A stretch of 27,945 nucleotides of DNA from a virus (taxonomy: Duplodnaviria; Caudoviricetes). The first letter of the stretch is position 1; every line of letters starts with the position of its first letter. A model generated the notes under the pieces. It was not told where the DNA came from, did not search any database, and saw only the letters and a list, made by a program, of their open reading frames with translations. This document shows, piece by piece, positions 1-8,793 of this stretch. Made by a program: the position numbers and the translations under genes. The stretch spans positions 1 through 27,945 of IMG/VR virus record IMGVR_UViG_3300032216_001825; one strand, written 5' to 3'.

Positions 1-1300
1 GCCGTACTTCGCCCTCTCGACAATCTGAGCGGTTTCATTGTCTGGGTTCTGGCTGGCCCACCCAAGAATATCCGAGGACACGTGATTAGTTAGGTCGGCA
101 TAACGGATCCCACCCTCCATCGTGGCTTTCGTGTAAGCTTTTAGCTGCTCCTGAGAGGGCTCAATTCCAAGGTTCCTAAACCCCGTGGCGATTGCACCTT
201 CGGCATCAAGCGCGGAGAACCCGTAAGCATGGCGCTGGACTGTTTGGGCAGCATCCTGCGCGTAGTTCTCATTAGCCCATTTGATGATATCTTTATTTAA
301 CTGGGCTTGTGCCTGCTCAACGGTGGTATCACCGTTGATAACATGAGCCAAATACCCTGACACATCATTTGCATTGGGGTCAATGCCAAGGTCCCAGAAA
401 GATTTTTGAAGAGCCTGCCGGGCATCGTTCGATGTGTACCCCCAGTTCACCTTTTGCAGATGCTGCGCCCACTCATTGTCGGGGTTCTGGTTTGCCCATC
501 CAAGAACATCAGACTTGATCCTTGAGGCAACATCGTTGATGGAGAATTCGCCACGTCGGGCAGCGTCAATGTATCGGTTAATCCTCTCTTGATCGGGGGC
601 GTTATCACCGATGGCAGAGAACCCATTCTTGATGAGGTTTCCAGCATCCGCATTGGAGAAACCATAGACAGCCCTTTGGATCATCTGGGCACCCTCATTA
701 TTAGGGTTCTGATCTGCCCAGCCTATGATGTCACCCTTAACCGTGGAGGTGAGGTCGTTAAGTTTTATGTCTCCGCTAAGGGCGCGGTTGCGGTATGCGT
801 CGAGCTGCTCTTGAGATGGGGAAGCGATGCCTGACTCAGTGAAAGCTTTCCAAATGGCATCATTGGCCTGCTTGTACGTGAAGCCGTACTTCGCCCTCTC
901 GACAATCTGAGCGGTTTCATTGTCTGGGTTCTGGCTGGCCCACCCAAGAATATCCGAGGACACGTGATTAGTTAGGTCGGCATAACGGATCCCACCCTCT
1001 ATCGTGGCTTTCGTGTAAGCTTTTAGCTGCTCCTGAGAAGGCTCAATTCCAAGGTTCCTAAACCCCGTGGCGATTGCACCTTCGGCATCAAGCGCGGAGA
1101 ACCCGTAAGCATTGCGCTGGACTGTTTGGGCAGCATCCTGCGCGTAGTTCTCATTAGCCCAGTTAATAGTTTGTTTACGTAATTCTGCCTGTGCCTGCTC
1201 AACGGTAGCATCACCGTTGTAAACTTGATCCAACCAATACTTGACACCATCTGCATTGGGGTCAATGCCAAGGTCCCAGAAAGATTTCTGAAGAGCCTGC
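1..1300. repeat. Intragenic direct repeat, 882-bp period (1-~418 vs 883-~1300)
   Basis: gccgtacttcgccctctcgacaatctgagcgg begins at both 1 and 883. 1-279 vs 883-1161 differ at about 3 positions. 882 nt = 294 aa = four ~73-aa subunits. Confidence 0.97.
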
Positions 1301-2412
1301 GTTGTCTGGGTGTTAAAATTATTTTTTGCATCGACGAATTTTTGATTTAGTTCATCCAGATACTTAGTAGTGTCTTCTGCGGCAGAGTATGCAGACATAT
1401 CTATGCCTTCTGCACCAGACCACAAGTTTTTGGGGTCAGTGAAGGCCCTATAAATATCCGTCGAAAGAGAGAAGCGTTGCTTTGCTTCCTCGTACATAGC
1501 GGATCGTTCTGCCATGGGAATTGAGGCATCAAAGAATTTGGCCTCAAGACCCTGTGCCAACTGTTGGTTGACAGTAGTATCAACCTTTATAAGGTCGCCA
1601 AAGTTTACACGGTCTGGGTTTTGCACCCAAACATTTTCGTAAACGGTTCCACCATCGTTATCGGACACATTTTCAACTATTCGGGACTCTGTCCAACCAG
1701 AGGACAAAACTTTTTGAAAGTTGGGGTCACCTGAGTAGTCATACAGGAAGAGAGAAAGAGCACCGTTTCTAGCCGATCCAACCATGGATTTATTTATTGC
1801 GTCGGGGCTGTCTCTTTCAGGGCGGTCATACGTAACTTGAACCTCTTTGCCCCCCTCTCCCGAATCAGTGGCAAATGAAGTAGGTCTTCTCTCAGGCATG
1901 GGGATAGTGTCATCATACCCAAGACCATCGCTCTTAAAGTAGTCCACCGCAGAGTTCTTGATACTAGATAGTGTATCGTTAAAAGCCTTGCTAAACCCGG
2001 ACCCCGCCATAAGGCCCGCAGAAAGGGCTCCCTTGATAGACCCTGCTGCGGCCTCGGCGAGGCTCATTCCCCCGACAGTGGTGTTCGTGAAGGTAGAGGA
2101 TATGGCGGAAGTAAGGGCAGTACTTACACCCTTGGAGATGGCTCCTGCACCAATGGCCTGTTCAACCATTTTGTTGATGCCGGGTCCAATGGCCCCGCCA
2201 ATGCCGCCGCTGACTGCTCCAAAGAGAGCGCCTTTGCCGATGTCCTGCCCTTGGATCGCGGCCATGACAGCGCCTGTTCCAGCGCCGATTATGGCACCAG
2301 TGGCGGCAGAGGCAAGGACAGTACTTCCAGTGGCTATAAAAACAGCTTCTGTGAAGCCAACCGCCAAAGCAAGTTCGCTACCCGCCCAAGCAACAAAAGC
2401 TGAAAGAACCAT
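1..2412 (-). CDS. Large repeat-containing virion/ejection-type protein, >804 aa, 3' end beyond window (absent from ORF track)
   Basis: Manual translation from ATG at 2412 (1 nt after the GNAT stop) is open to base 1: MVLSAFVAWAGSELALAVGFTEAVFIATGSTVLASAATGAIIGAGTGAVMAAIQGQDIGKGALFGAVSGGIGG..., then six ~73-aa repeats. Position after portal/SLT/GNAT suggests a virion role (inference). Confidence 0.9.
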   Translation of the reverse strand, partial: MVLSAFVAWAGSELALAVGFTEAVFIATGSTVLASAATGAIIGAGTGAVMAAIQGQDIGKGALFGAVSGGIGGAIGPGINKMVEQAIGAGAISKGVSTALTSAISSTFTNTTVGGMSLAEAAAGSIKGALSAGLMAGSGFSKAFNDTLSSIKNSAVDYFKSDGLGYDDTIPMPERRPTSFATDSGEGGKEVQVTYDRPERDSPDAINKSMVGSARNGALSLFLYDYSGDPNFQKVLSSGWTESRIVENVSDNDGGTVYENVWVQNPDRVNFGDLIKVDTTVNQQLAQGLEAKFFDASIPMAERSAMYEEAKQRFSLSTDIYRAFTDPKNLWSGAEGIDMSAYSAAEDTTKYLDELNQKFVDAKNNFNTQTTQALQKSFWDLGIDPNADGVKYWLDQVYNGDATVEQAQAELRKQTINWANENYAQDAAQTVQRNAYGFSALDAEGAIATGFRNLGIEPSQEQLKAYTKATIEGGIRYADLTNHVSSDILGWASQNPDNETAQIVERAKYGFTYKQANDAIWKAFTESGIASPSQEQLDAYRNRALSGDIKLNDLTSTVKGDIIGWADQNPNNEGAQMIQRAVYGFSNADAGNLIKNGFSAIGDNAPDQERINRYIDAARRGEFSINDVASRIKSDVLGWANQNPDNEWAQHLQKVNWGYTSNDARQALQKSFWDLGIDPNANDVSGYLAHVINGDTTVEQAQAQLNKDIIKWANENYAQDAAQTVQRHAYGFSALDAEGAIATGFRNLGIEPSQEQLKAYTKATMEGGIRYADLTNHVSSDILGWASQNPDNETAQIVERAKYG

Positions 2413-2413
2413 G

Positions 2414-2857
2414 TCAGAGCCTCTTCACCCAAGCAACCTCAGCCTCAGCATACCCCATAGCCCTAAAAAAGTCCCCCGCCTTATTTGTGTTCTTAGTACG
2501 GGTAACCCTAGAGACCACCCCCATTTCACGTTCGACCTTTTCAACAAACTTGGTCAAACCACGGGCGCACTTGGCCCGGTAAGCAGGGGCAATATAATGA
2601 GAATCACAGATAGCTATCTTTACTGTCTTGTAGTGGAGGTGGTTTCGTATGAAGTCCACGACGTACCCTACGACCTCATCGCCGTCCCGTGCCACACAGC
2701 ACAGAAGCTTTCCCTCATTCTGGAGCTGCATAAAGGCTTCCTCGTCGACATCAGGCCTATGTTCCTTGACGGATCCAACCTCGTTCCATTGATCCTCCAT
2801 GTACTTCATAATCTGCGGCCACATGATCTCGCAGCTTTCTTCAGAGTATGTGATCAT
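2414..2857 (-). CDS. GNAT-family acetyltransferase-like protein
   Basis: 147 aa with pattern VARDGDEVVGY...HLHY...DSHYIAPAYRAK...FFRAMGY, typical of phage GNAT-fold proteins; ATGA overlap with the upstream gene. Confidence 0.75.
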   Translation of the reverse strand: MITYSEESCEIMWPQIMKYMEDQWNEVGSVKEHRPDVDEEAFMQLQNEGKLLCCVARDGDEVVGYVVDFIRNHLHYKTVKIAICDSHYIAPAYRAKCARGLTKFVEKVEREMGVVSRVTRTKNTNKAGDFFRAMGYAEAEVAWVKRL

Positions 2858-4059
2858 AGCATTGCCTCATAGCGGATGGCGGCAACCTTTTCCTTTCCAT
2901 TCATCAATATGGTCTTCACTTTCTTGAACTTTACCTTGCTGGCATCCGCAAGAAGGTCGGAATCTTTTTCCTCCTTTTGCGCCACGGTAGTTGTCATTTT
3001 CCTGAACCCAAGATGCTTAAGGGTGACAGCCAGCATTTTCAGTCGCTTAGGGATATTGACAGGCTCAACACTATTAATATGAAACTCAACACTACGGTCT
3101 GGTTTTGGCTGGATAACAAAGACCGTATTTCCAAGTTGGACAAGCCTTACCTTCTTGGCCTTAGCCGCAGCCCCAACCCGGCAAAAGATAGTGGTAGCAT
3201 CTTCTTTGGACATCCCCTGATTGATCAGGGATTTGATGATAATGGTGGGTGGGTAAAAAAGACCCGTCTTAGGGTCGGCCTTTGGTAGATCAAAGCGGGG
3301 GTCAACTGGACCCTTCCCTGCGGGACGTTCAGCAATCCCACCAGCAGCAAAAGCTACCTCTGGCTTTGGTACATACGGTGCGTCAGGGGCAGAGATGTCG
3401 GGGATGTCCATCATCTCGGGGGCAGCAAACGTCTTGTTCGCTTCCTTGGACAAGAGGTTGAGGGACAAAGCGTTCTGCTTCGTGGACCGTGGTGCGGGGG
3501 CGATGTCGCTTGAACCCTCCAACACGCTGAGGGTATCAGCGGCCTTTTCATCCAATGGTTCAGAGGTCTTCAGTGCGCTGTATGGCTTGATCGACTCGGG
3601 GTCCACGCCCTCATACTTGCCAAAGACCTGTTCTACAAACCCCTTGGAAGAGGTGCCTGCCTCGCCGCCATTGTTGGTGATAGCCTTGTTCCCAACAGCC
3701 TCATCAGCCGGGGTATTACCACCCCTCAAAAGTTTCAGGGCACCCCCAGCGCCTTGTTGATGAGCCAGATACAGCATCTTCCCATCGGGGTTTTCCACAC
3801 CGTTCTGCTGGAGTATGGCTCGGTTCTGAACAGCCAAGCGCGCCGCAGCGTCTGCCGAAGCCGCAAGATCGTTCGGATCCTTGAGGTCCATGGCCTTTGC
3901 AGTGCGGTCCGTGAACTGGAACGGCCCCTTGGCGCTGCTGGTTTTGCTGGAGAGGTCTGCTCCACGGCTGCTCTCTATCTCGTACAGGCGGTCCAAGTAC
4001 CCCTGAGGTAGGCGGTACTTGGATTCCAATGAGGCAAATAGTTCTTTCTCAGATGCCAT
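2854..4059 (-). CDS. Virion-associated lytic transglycosylase (SLT-like N-terminus) fused to an unknown C-terminal domain
   Basis: SLT motifs: catalytic IESS, AKGPFQF, LYLAHQQG; Pro/Ala-rich linker; basic C-terminal domain. TAATG coupling to portal. Confidence 0.8.
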   Translation of the reverse strand: MASEKELFASLESKYRLPQGYLDRLYEIESSRGADLSSKTSSAKGPFQFTDRTAKAMDLKDPNDLAASADAAARLAVQNRAILQQNGVENPDGKMLYLAHQQGAGGALKLLRGGNTPADEAVGNKAITNNGGEAGTSSKGFVEQVFGKYEGVDPESIKPYSALKTSEPLDEKAADTLSVLEGSSDIAPAPRSTKQNALSLNLLSKEANKTFAAPEMMDIPDISAPDAPYVPKPEVAFAAGGIAERPAGKGPVDPRFDLPKADPKTGLFYPPTIIIKSLINQGMSKEDATTIFCRVGAAAKAKKVRLVQLGNTVFVIQPKPDRSVEFHINSVEPVNIPKRLKMLAVTLKHLGFRKMTTTVAQKEEKDSDLLADASKVKFKKVKTILMNGKEKVAAIRYEAML

Positions 4060-6491
4060 TACACCCTCTTTGATTCGCGCGCCCTCTGCAAGGATACATT
4101 GGCGCGAAGCTGCTGGATATCCTCGTTCGAGGTCCTACGCTGGTAGTCCTCGGCTTGTCTCTGCTGGAGCTTTCTCTCGTCCAGATCGATACGAAGAGCA
4201 GCCTCTTCGGATTTTAGCTTAACCGCCTGCTCACGGATGTCCAGATCCCTTTGCTGAAGTTGCACAAGAGGATCATCTGCTTTTTCAGGAGCGAGCTGCT
4301 GCAAGACCTGTTGGATAAGCTGTGCCTCAATAGCAGCCGCCGCTTTCTGAAGAACTTGCGGGGGCGGGGGCGGAGCATTCATCACATCGCCTGTCACGGG
4401 GTGCGGCATGGCGCTGGAAGACTGATGAGCCTCGGCGGCATGCTGTTGAACTTGTTGCATGGCCATGTGGGTGATGTGTTCAAACACGTGGGCTAGCAGG
4501 ATCCCATATACCTGAGGGGAGGTCTGGATCAGGTTGGACTTAATGAAGCCGATATGCGCCGCCATATGCGACTGGTGATCCTGATCAGGGAACGCCTTAA
4601 GCTGCGGAGCCCCGTTGGGAATCAGCATTGACCTAGCATTCTCCATGGCCGGTCCGTCAGGCTGCGGCTGTGGGGGAGGCGGCAGGATCAGGTCGATGTC
4701 CCGGACGCCAAGGGCCGAGTACATGCGATGATACGCCTCGTACTGGTTGTGCATCTGGGGAGCGGCCTGCGCAAGACGCAACTGCTCCTGCGCCAGCGAG
4801 ATCCGCTGCGTCATCGAGAAGATGTTGGGGTCAGACACCGGGACGATGTCAATTCGGTCGTCGAAATCCTGCGCGAAGACCTCTTTTCCGCCCTTCACAT
4901 CGTACGGATAGGCCTCCACGCTCTCCTTGATCGCCTGTGTCAGGAGTTTCAGCTCCTGTTTCTGGGCATAGTGCAGTCGCTTGTGGACCGCGCTCAACAC
5001 ACGGCTCCCACGCTCCAGCAAAGCAATGGTTGTACCGACCGGCATCTCCTGATTGGAGTCCGTCATGCCCATGTCGGAGGTTCCAACGAACTTTTCCGCC
5101 GCCGTGACGCAGAAACCAAGCAACTGCATGAGCGTTGCGCTGGGTTCCTTGTACGGAAGAGGCATCAAGCTCTCGCGAAGGCTTCCGCCGGGGGCGTCCA
5201 CGTCCCGCCACTCGCCCGGTTGGAGCAAAGCGCCCTCATCTTGGATCCGCAGGCCCTTGGCCTTGAACCCCGCAGGCAGATTCGCCAGCGTTCCAGCGTC
5301 AATGAGTTGCCGAAGGATGGAAGTTGAGCTGCGAGCTAGGTTTCCAAGCATGTGAACAAGGCCAAACCCGTAGAAACCAAGGCCGGGCATGAACTTGTAG
5401 TGGACAAAGTACTGGCGCTTGCGCTTTTTGGGGTCAGCCGGGTCATAGTTCCGGCGAACTGCCAGCACATCGCCCGTATCAGAGTTGATTGTGACGATGT
5501 AGGGCAGTTTGATGCCGGTCTCTTCGTCGTTCTGGTCTTTATCTTCGAACCCTTCAAGATCCAAGTACGTGTGAACCTCGTACAGGGTGTAGTTTTCCGT
5601 CTCACCACCGGGCTCAATGCCAGAAACAGTGTCGATCTTCTCCTCGATGACATCTCTTTCGGTGTTATCAGGGTCGTCAAGCTCGATATCCCGGTAGAAA
5701 CCAGACACTTGCTGCTTGCGAAGGTCGTTCTTGCTGACCCGAATGACGTGCGTCACACGTTCAGCGGTTGCCAGATCCCTCGCACCATAGGGAACGATGA
5801 GGTCCTTAGGCAAAACATAGGGAGAAACCGCCCGTCCGAGGTCCCCGTCGCGGTAGACCTTCTTAAAAGTTGACCCACCATAGCCAAGATAGTACAGCAT
5901 CTGGTCATAGTCTGGGTCGTACTCTTCCATTTCAACGGTGATATAGTAGTTGAGGAAGTCCTTAACCCGTTCGGCCTGCTGTTCCTTGATTGGGTTGCTT
6001 GCTCCGAGGATCTGCGAGCGCACTGGACCGTTGGACGGCAGCATTTCCTTGTAGGCTTGCGCCTGAAACTGCGTGACCGCCTCGTTCAGGATGGGGTGAG
6101 TAACGCCCGTGGACCCTTCAAAGGGCTCCGTCCGCTCGTCGTACTTCAGGCCAAGGAGCGTGAGCCCCTCTTCGTAGATCTTTTTCCACTCTTCGCGGCT
6201 CTCGTCGTCCTCTTCGATGAGGTCCAGAAGCTCGTTGGAGATTGCCTTGAGTTCCTGTCGATCAAGGACCTCGGCCAAATTGTCACCGAAGCCGATGGAT
6301 GAGATGTCCTTGTTCATGGTGGATGAGCCGTACGTGATTACCGCACCGCCTTCCTCATCCTCCTCGATGGTATAGTCAGCCTCAGCCTCATCCTTAGGCT
6401 CGTCCAATACGACGTCAGCCCCCTCCATTTCAGACTCGTCAGGAGCCTGCATCAGGCCTTTTTCGATACCGTTGAAGGAGGATTTAGCCAT
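4059..6491 (-). CDS. Portal protein (podovirus-type, long C-terminal coiled coil)
   Basis: 810 aa directly after TerL (TAATG overlap); motifs HPILNEAVTQFQAQAY, GSTFKKVY, FYGFGL, RQLIDAGTLANLPAG; acidic N-terminus, Gln-rich coiled-coil C-terminus. Confidence 0.9.
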   Translation of the reverse strand: MAKSSFNGIEKGLMQAPDESEMEGADVVLDEPKDEAEADYTIEEDEEGGAVITYGSSTMNKDISSIGFGDNLAEVLDRQELKAISNELLDLIEEDDESREEWKKIYEEGLTLLGLKYDERTEPFEGSTGVTHPILNEAVTQFQAQAYKEMLPSNGPVRSQILGASNPIKEQQAERVKDFLNYYITVEMEEYDPDYDQMLYYLGYGGSTFKKVYRDGDLGRAVSPYVLPKDLIVPYGARDLATAERVTHVIRVSKNDLRKQQVSGFYRDIELDDPDNTERDVIEEKIDTVSGIEPGGETENYTLYEVHTYLDLEGFEDKDQNDEETGIKLPYIVTINSDTGDVLAVRRNYDPADPKKRKRQYFVHYKFMPGLGFYGFGLVHMLGNLARSSTSILRQLIDAGTLANLPAGFKAKGLRIQDEGALLQPGEWRDVDAPGGSLRESLMPLPYKEPSATLMQLLGFCVTAAEKFVGTSDMGMTDSNQEMPVGTTIALLERGSRVLSAVHKRLHYAQKQELKLLTQAIKESVEAYPYDVKGGKEVFAQDFDDRIDIVPVSDPNIFSMTQRISLAQEQLRLAQAAPQMHNQYEAYHRMYSALGVRDIDLILPPPPQPQPDGPAMENARSMLIPNGAPQLKAFPDQDHQSHMAAHIGFIKSNLIQTSPQVYGILLAHVFEHITHMAMQQVQQHAAEAHQSSSAMPHPVTGDVMNAPPPPPQVLQKAAAAIEAQLIQQVLQQLAPEKADDPLVQLQQRDLDIREQAVKLKSEEAALRIDLDERKLQQRQAEDYQRRTSNEDIQQLRANVSLQRARESKRV

Positions 6492-7957
6492 TAGTAATAG
6501 ACCCTAGTTGATGGATACCTAGTGACTTCCATCTCGTAATCGTCAGGGTGGCCGATGAACCCGCCCTGTCTAAACCGCATCAAGGCTTGGCTGGCGCAAT
6601 CGACGTGGTCGTCATGTTCCCCGAATGGGAACGACGCCAGTTCCTCGACAACCTCTTCGGCCCACGATGTATCTGGTCTCCAGATCAAGCCTGACTCGAA
6701 CAGGGGGGAAATGGAGTTCACCCTAGAGTGTTTATCATTACCACGGGAAGGCGTAAAGTTTACAACGGGAATACCCATGTGCCGCAGTTCCTGCGTGAGC
6801 GGGGTCCCCGATGCCTTGGCCTCGATCAGGACTGTCTCTGGTTCCCAGTACTTGTACTCCTCAAGTGCTATGCGCTTGAGGTCCGGGAACTCCCACCGCC
6901 CCTTCTTGGCATCCAAGAGGATCGCGTTGGGCGGCGAATCCTCGGTGGGGAAGAATACCCCCCACGTCTGGATGGCGCTAAAGTCAGCGGTCCGCGTTTT
7001 GAGGAATGCTGTGTCGTAGCTCTGGATTATGTACTGGAGCCGGGGGATGTCCTTCTTCTCCCAGACCTTCCACCAGTCCCGCTTGATCAGCGAGGAGGCG
7101 TCGGAGGTAGGGCGCTGCATGTACTGCGCCTGCCACTTCGATAACGAGATCGAAGCCTTGATCTTCTCCAGTTCCTCCAACTTCCAGTATTCTGGCCACA
7201 GGGGTTCTCCGCTATCAAAGATCGCCGGGAACTCCACGATCTCCCACTGGTCGGCCTTGGGGTCCATGGCCTGTTGCTTGATCAGGCGGGCCGTCAGGTC
7301 GGCGTCCCCCCATCGCGTCATAACAATGATGATGGCCCCGCCGGGTTGCAGACGCTGGCGGGGGCCAGACATGTACCATTCCCAAGCGTTATCAAGAGCC
7401 GTTGGGCTCATCGCGTCCTGTTCGGAGTGCGGATCGTCGACAATAAACAGATCAGCTCCTCGACCCGCAATACTGCCACCCACACCCGCCGCATAATACT
7501 CACCGCCATCATCCGTCTCCCATCGATACGCCGCCTTGCTGTCGGCCCGCAGTTTCACATCAGGGAATACCTTACGGTAGTCCTCGCCGTCCATCAGGTT
7601 TCTGACCTTGCGACCAAACCGAATGGAGAGGTCCGCCGTATGAGTCGCCTGCATGATCTTCTTCGTTGGTACGCGGCCAATGAACCAAGAGGGGAACAGA
7701 TAGCTGGCGAACTCTGACTTCGTGTGCCTCGGGGGCATGTTGATGATCAGGCGCTTCAGTGTTCCGTTGGCCACGGCCTCAAGCTTCTGCGCCACAATGT
7801 GGTGGTGCTTACCGGCCACGAACCCCGGCCAAACGAACTTCACGTACTCGATGAAATTGTCGTGGGCCTTCTTCGACGCTTCAAGTTGAGCGAGCCGGTC
7901 GTAGAGCTTGGCAAGCTTCTTCAGATTGTCTTCGTCAATGCGGGGAGCAATGGGCAT
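6491..7957 (-). CDS. terL: Terminase large subunit
   Basis: Walker A LIINMPPRHTKSE, Walker B GADLFIVDDPH, motif III VMTRW, RNase H-like nuclease SYDTA ... HDDHVD. Confidence 0.97.
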   Translation of the reverse strand: MPIAPRIDEDNLKKLAKLYDRLAQLEASKKAHDNFIEYVKFVWPGFVAGKHHHIVAQKLEAVANGTLKRLIINMPPRHTKSEFASYLFPSWFIGRVPTKKIMQATHTADLSIRFGRKVRNLMDGEDYRKVFPDVKLRADSKAAYRWETDDGGEYYAAGVGGSIAGRGADLFIVDDPHSEQDAMSPTALDNAWEWYMSGPRQRLQPGGAIIIVMTRWGDADLTARLIKQQAMDPKADQWEIVEFPAIFDSGEPLWPEYWKLEELEKIKASISLSKWQAQYMQRPTSDASSLIKRDWWKVWEKKDIPRLQYIIQSYDTAFLKTRTADFSAIQTWGVFFPTEDSPPNAILLDAKKGRWEFPDLKRIALEEYKYWEPETVLIEAKASGTPLTQELRHMGIPVVNFTPSRGNDKHSRVNSISPLFESGLIWRPDTSWAEEVVEELASFPFGEHDDHVDCASQALMRFRQGGFIGHPDDYEMEVTRYPSTRVYY

Positions 7958-8247
7958 GGATATTCCATGGGGGTGGGTGGTCCGGGACCCACGGTACTAC
8001 AGAATATAGATGGGGGGTAGGGGATCCTAAGGCCTTCTGTTGACAATCCGGGGTCCGTGGTTTTTTACATTTGCTACCGTAGCGTGAAAAATCGGGTTTT
8101 CGCGCGGCCGCGAGGACCACGGGCCGTTTAGGGGGGTGACGGGTTCTTGGCAGGCTCTTGCTCAGGCCCAGTTCGACCCCAAGGGACCCGCGTGGCATGG
8201 ACCTTGCATGGCGTGGCGATTCGTTGCGTGATCACGAGTTCGTGATG

Positions 8248-8276
8248 TTGACTATGTTTACGTGCTGTGGTTTACT
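8248..8276 (+). promoter_or_regulatory. Putative sigma70 promoter for first small-gene cassette
   Basis: TTGACT(8248-53)-17 bp-TTTACT(8271-76) with TG at extended -10 position, about 55 nt before ATG 8330. Confidence 0.45.
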
Positions 8277-8329
8277 TCTATTGCAGGCTACTGATTCGCC
8301 TGCACCCATAGAAAGAAAGGGTATACAAA

Positions 8330-8527
8330 ATGATCACTTACAAGAAAGTCGGCGGTCTTCATTTCCTGCGAATCGGCAGGGTGGGCTTCTCGTGGTTCGT
8401 GTCTAAGAAGAAAGTAGCACCCCGCGTCTTGCCCGGTACGATCACGCCCCGCCTGACGTTGGCACAACAGAAGCGGGCTCAGGCGGAACACCTCGCGTGG
8501 TGCAACGCCATGTCTCGCGGCAACTAA
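8330..8527 (+). CDS. Small basic hypothetical phage protein (65 aa)
   Basis: SD AGAAAGG upstream; MITYKKVGGLHFLRIGRVGFSWFVSKKK; first gene of a tightly packed plus-strand run. Confidence 0.75.
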   Translation: MITYKKVGGLHFLRIGRVGFSWFVSKKKVAPRVLPGTITPRLTLAQQKRAQAEHLAWCNAMSRGN

Positions 8528-8547
8528 TCCCTAGAAAGGAACATCCC

Positions 8548-8793
8548 ATGACTGATCACCCTGTAACAGAAAGCGTTGCGGCCGCTCTAGTCGCCTTGTC
8601 CTCGGCCCTTACGACACTCACTCGCGAGATCCAGTACACTCAAGGTCTCTCGGCCGCTCTTGCGGAACGGATCGCGGCCCTTGAGGCGATAGCCGTGAAC
8701 CAGATGAACAATGCGCCAGTTGGACCTAGCACGACGGACGTGCTGCGGGCTCGCAATCTGACGACGTTCGAACGCATTAACGAGAGGGTTTGA
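8548..8793 (+). CDS. Hypothetical protein (81 aa, coiled-coil-like)
   Basis: ATG 8548 after AGAAAGGA SD; MTDHPVTESVAAALVALSSAL...LAERIAALE. Confidence 0.75.
   Translation: MTDHPVTESVAAALVALSSALTTLTREIQYTQGLSAALAERIAALEAIAVNQMNNAPVGPSTTDVLRARNLTTFERINERV

Noticed and set aside
1-1300. Diversity-generating retroelement TR/VR pair
   Set aside because: Both copies are in-frame parts of one ORF, mismatches are not confined to adenines, and no reverse transcriptase is in the window.
447-1583. Short track ORFs (447-665, 589-834, 765-947, 1023-1331, 1401-1583)
   Set aside because: Out-of-frame or antisense to the continuous 2412-to-1 ORF.
1958-2872. 304-aa plus-strand ORF
   Set aside because: Antisense shadow of the Gly/Ala-rich ORF and the GNAT gene; no recognisable motifs.
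6491-7957. Intein or intron in TerL (also checked PolA and helicases)
   Set aside because: Lengths and motif spacing are normal; no intein-sized insertion is evident.
7935-8491. ORFs 7935-8198, 8158-8406, 8288-8491
   Set aside because: No SD or motifs; they overlap palindromic regulatory DNA and the better-supported 8330 gene.
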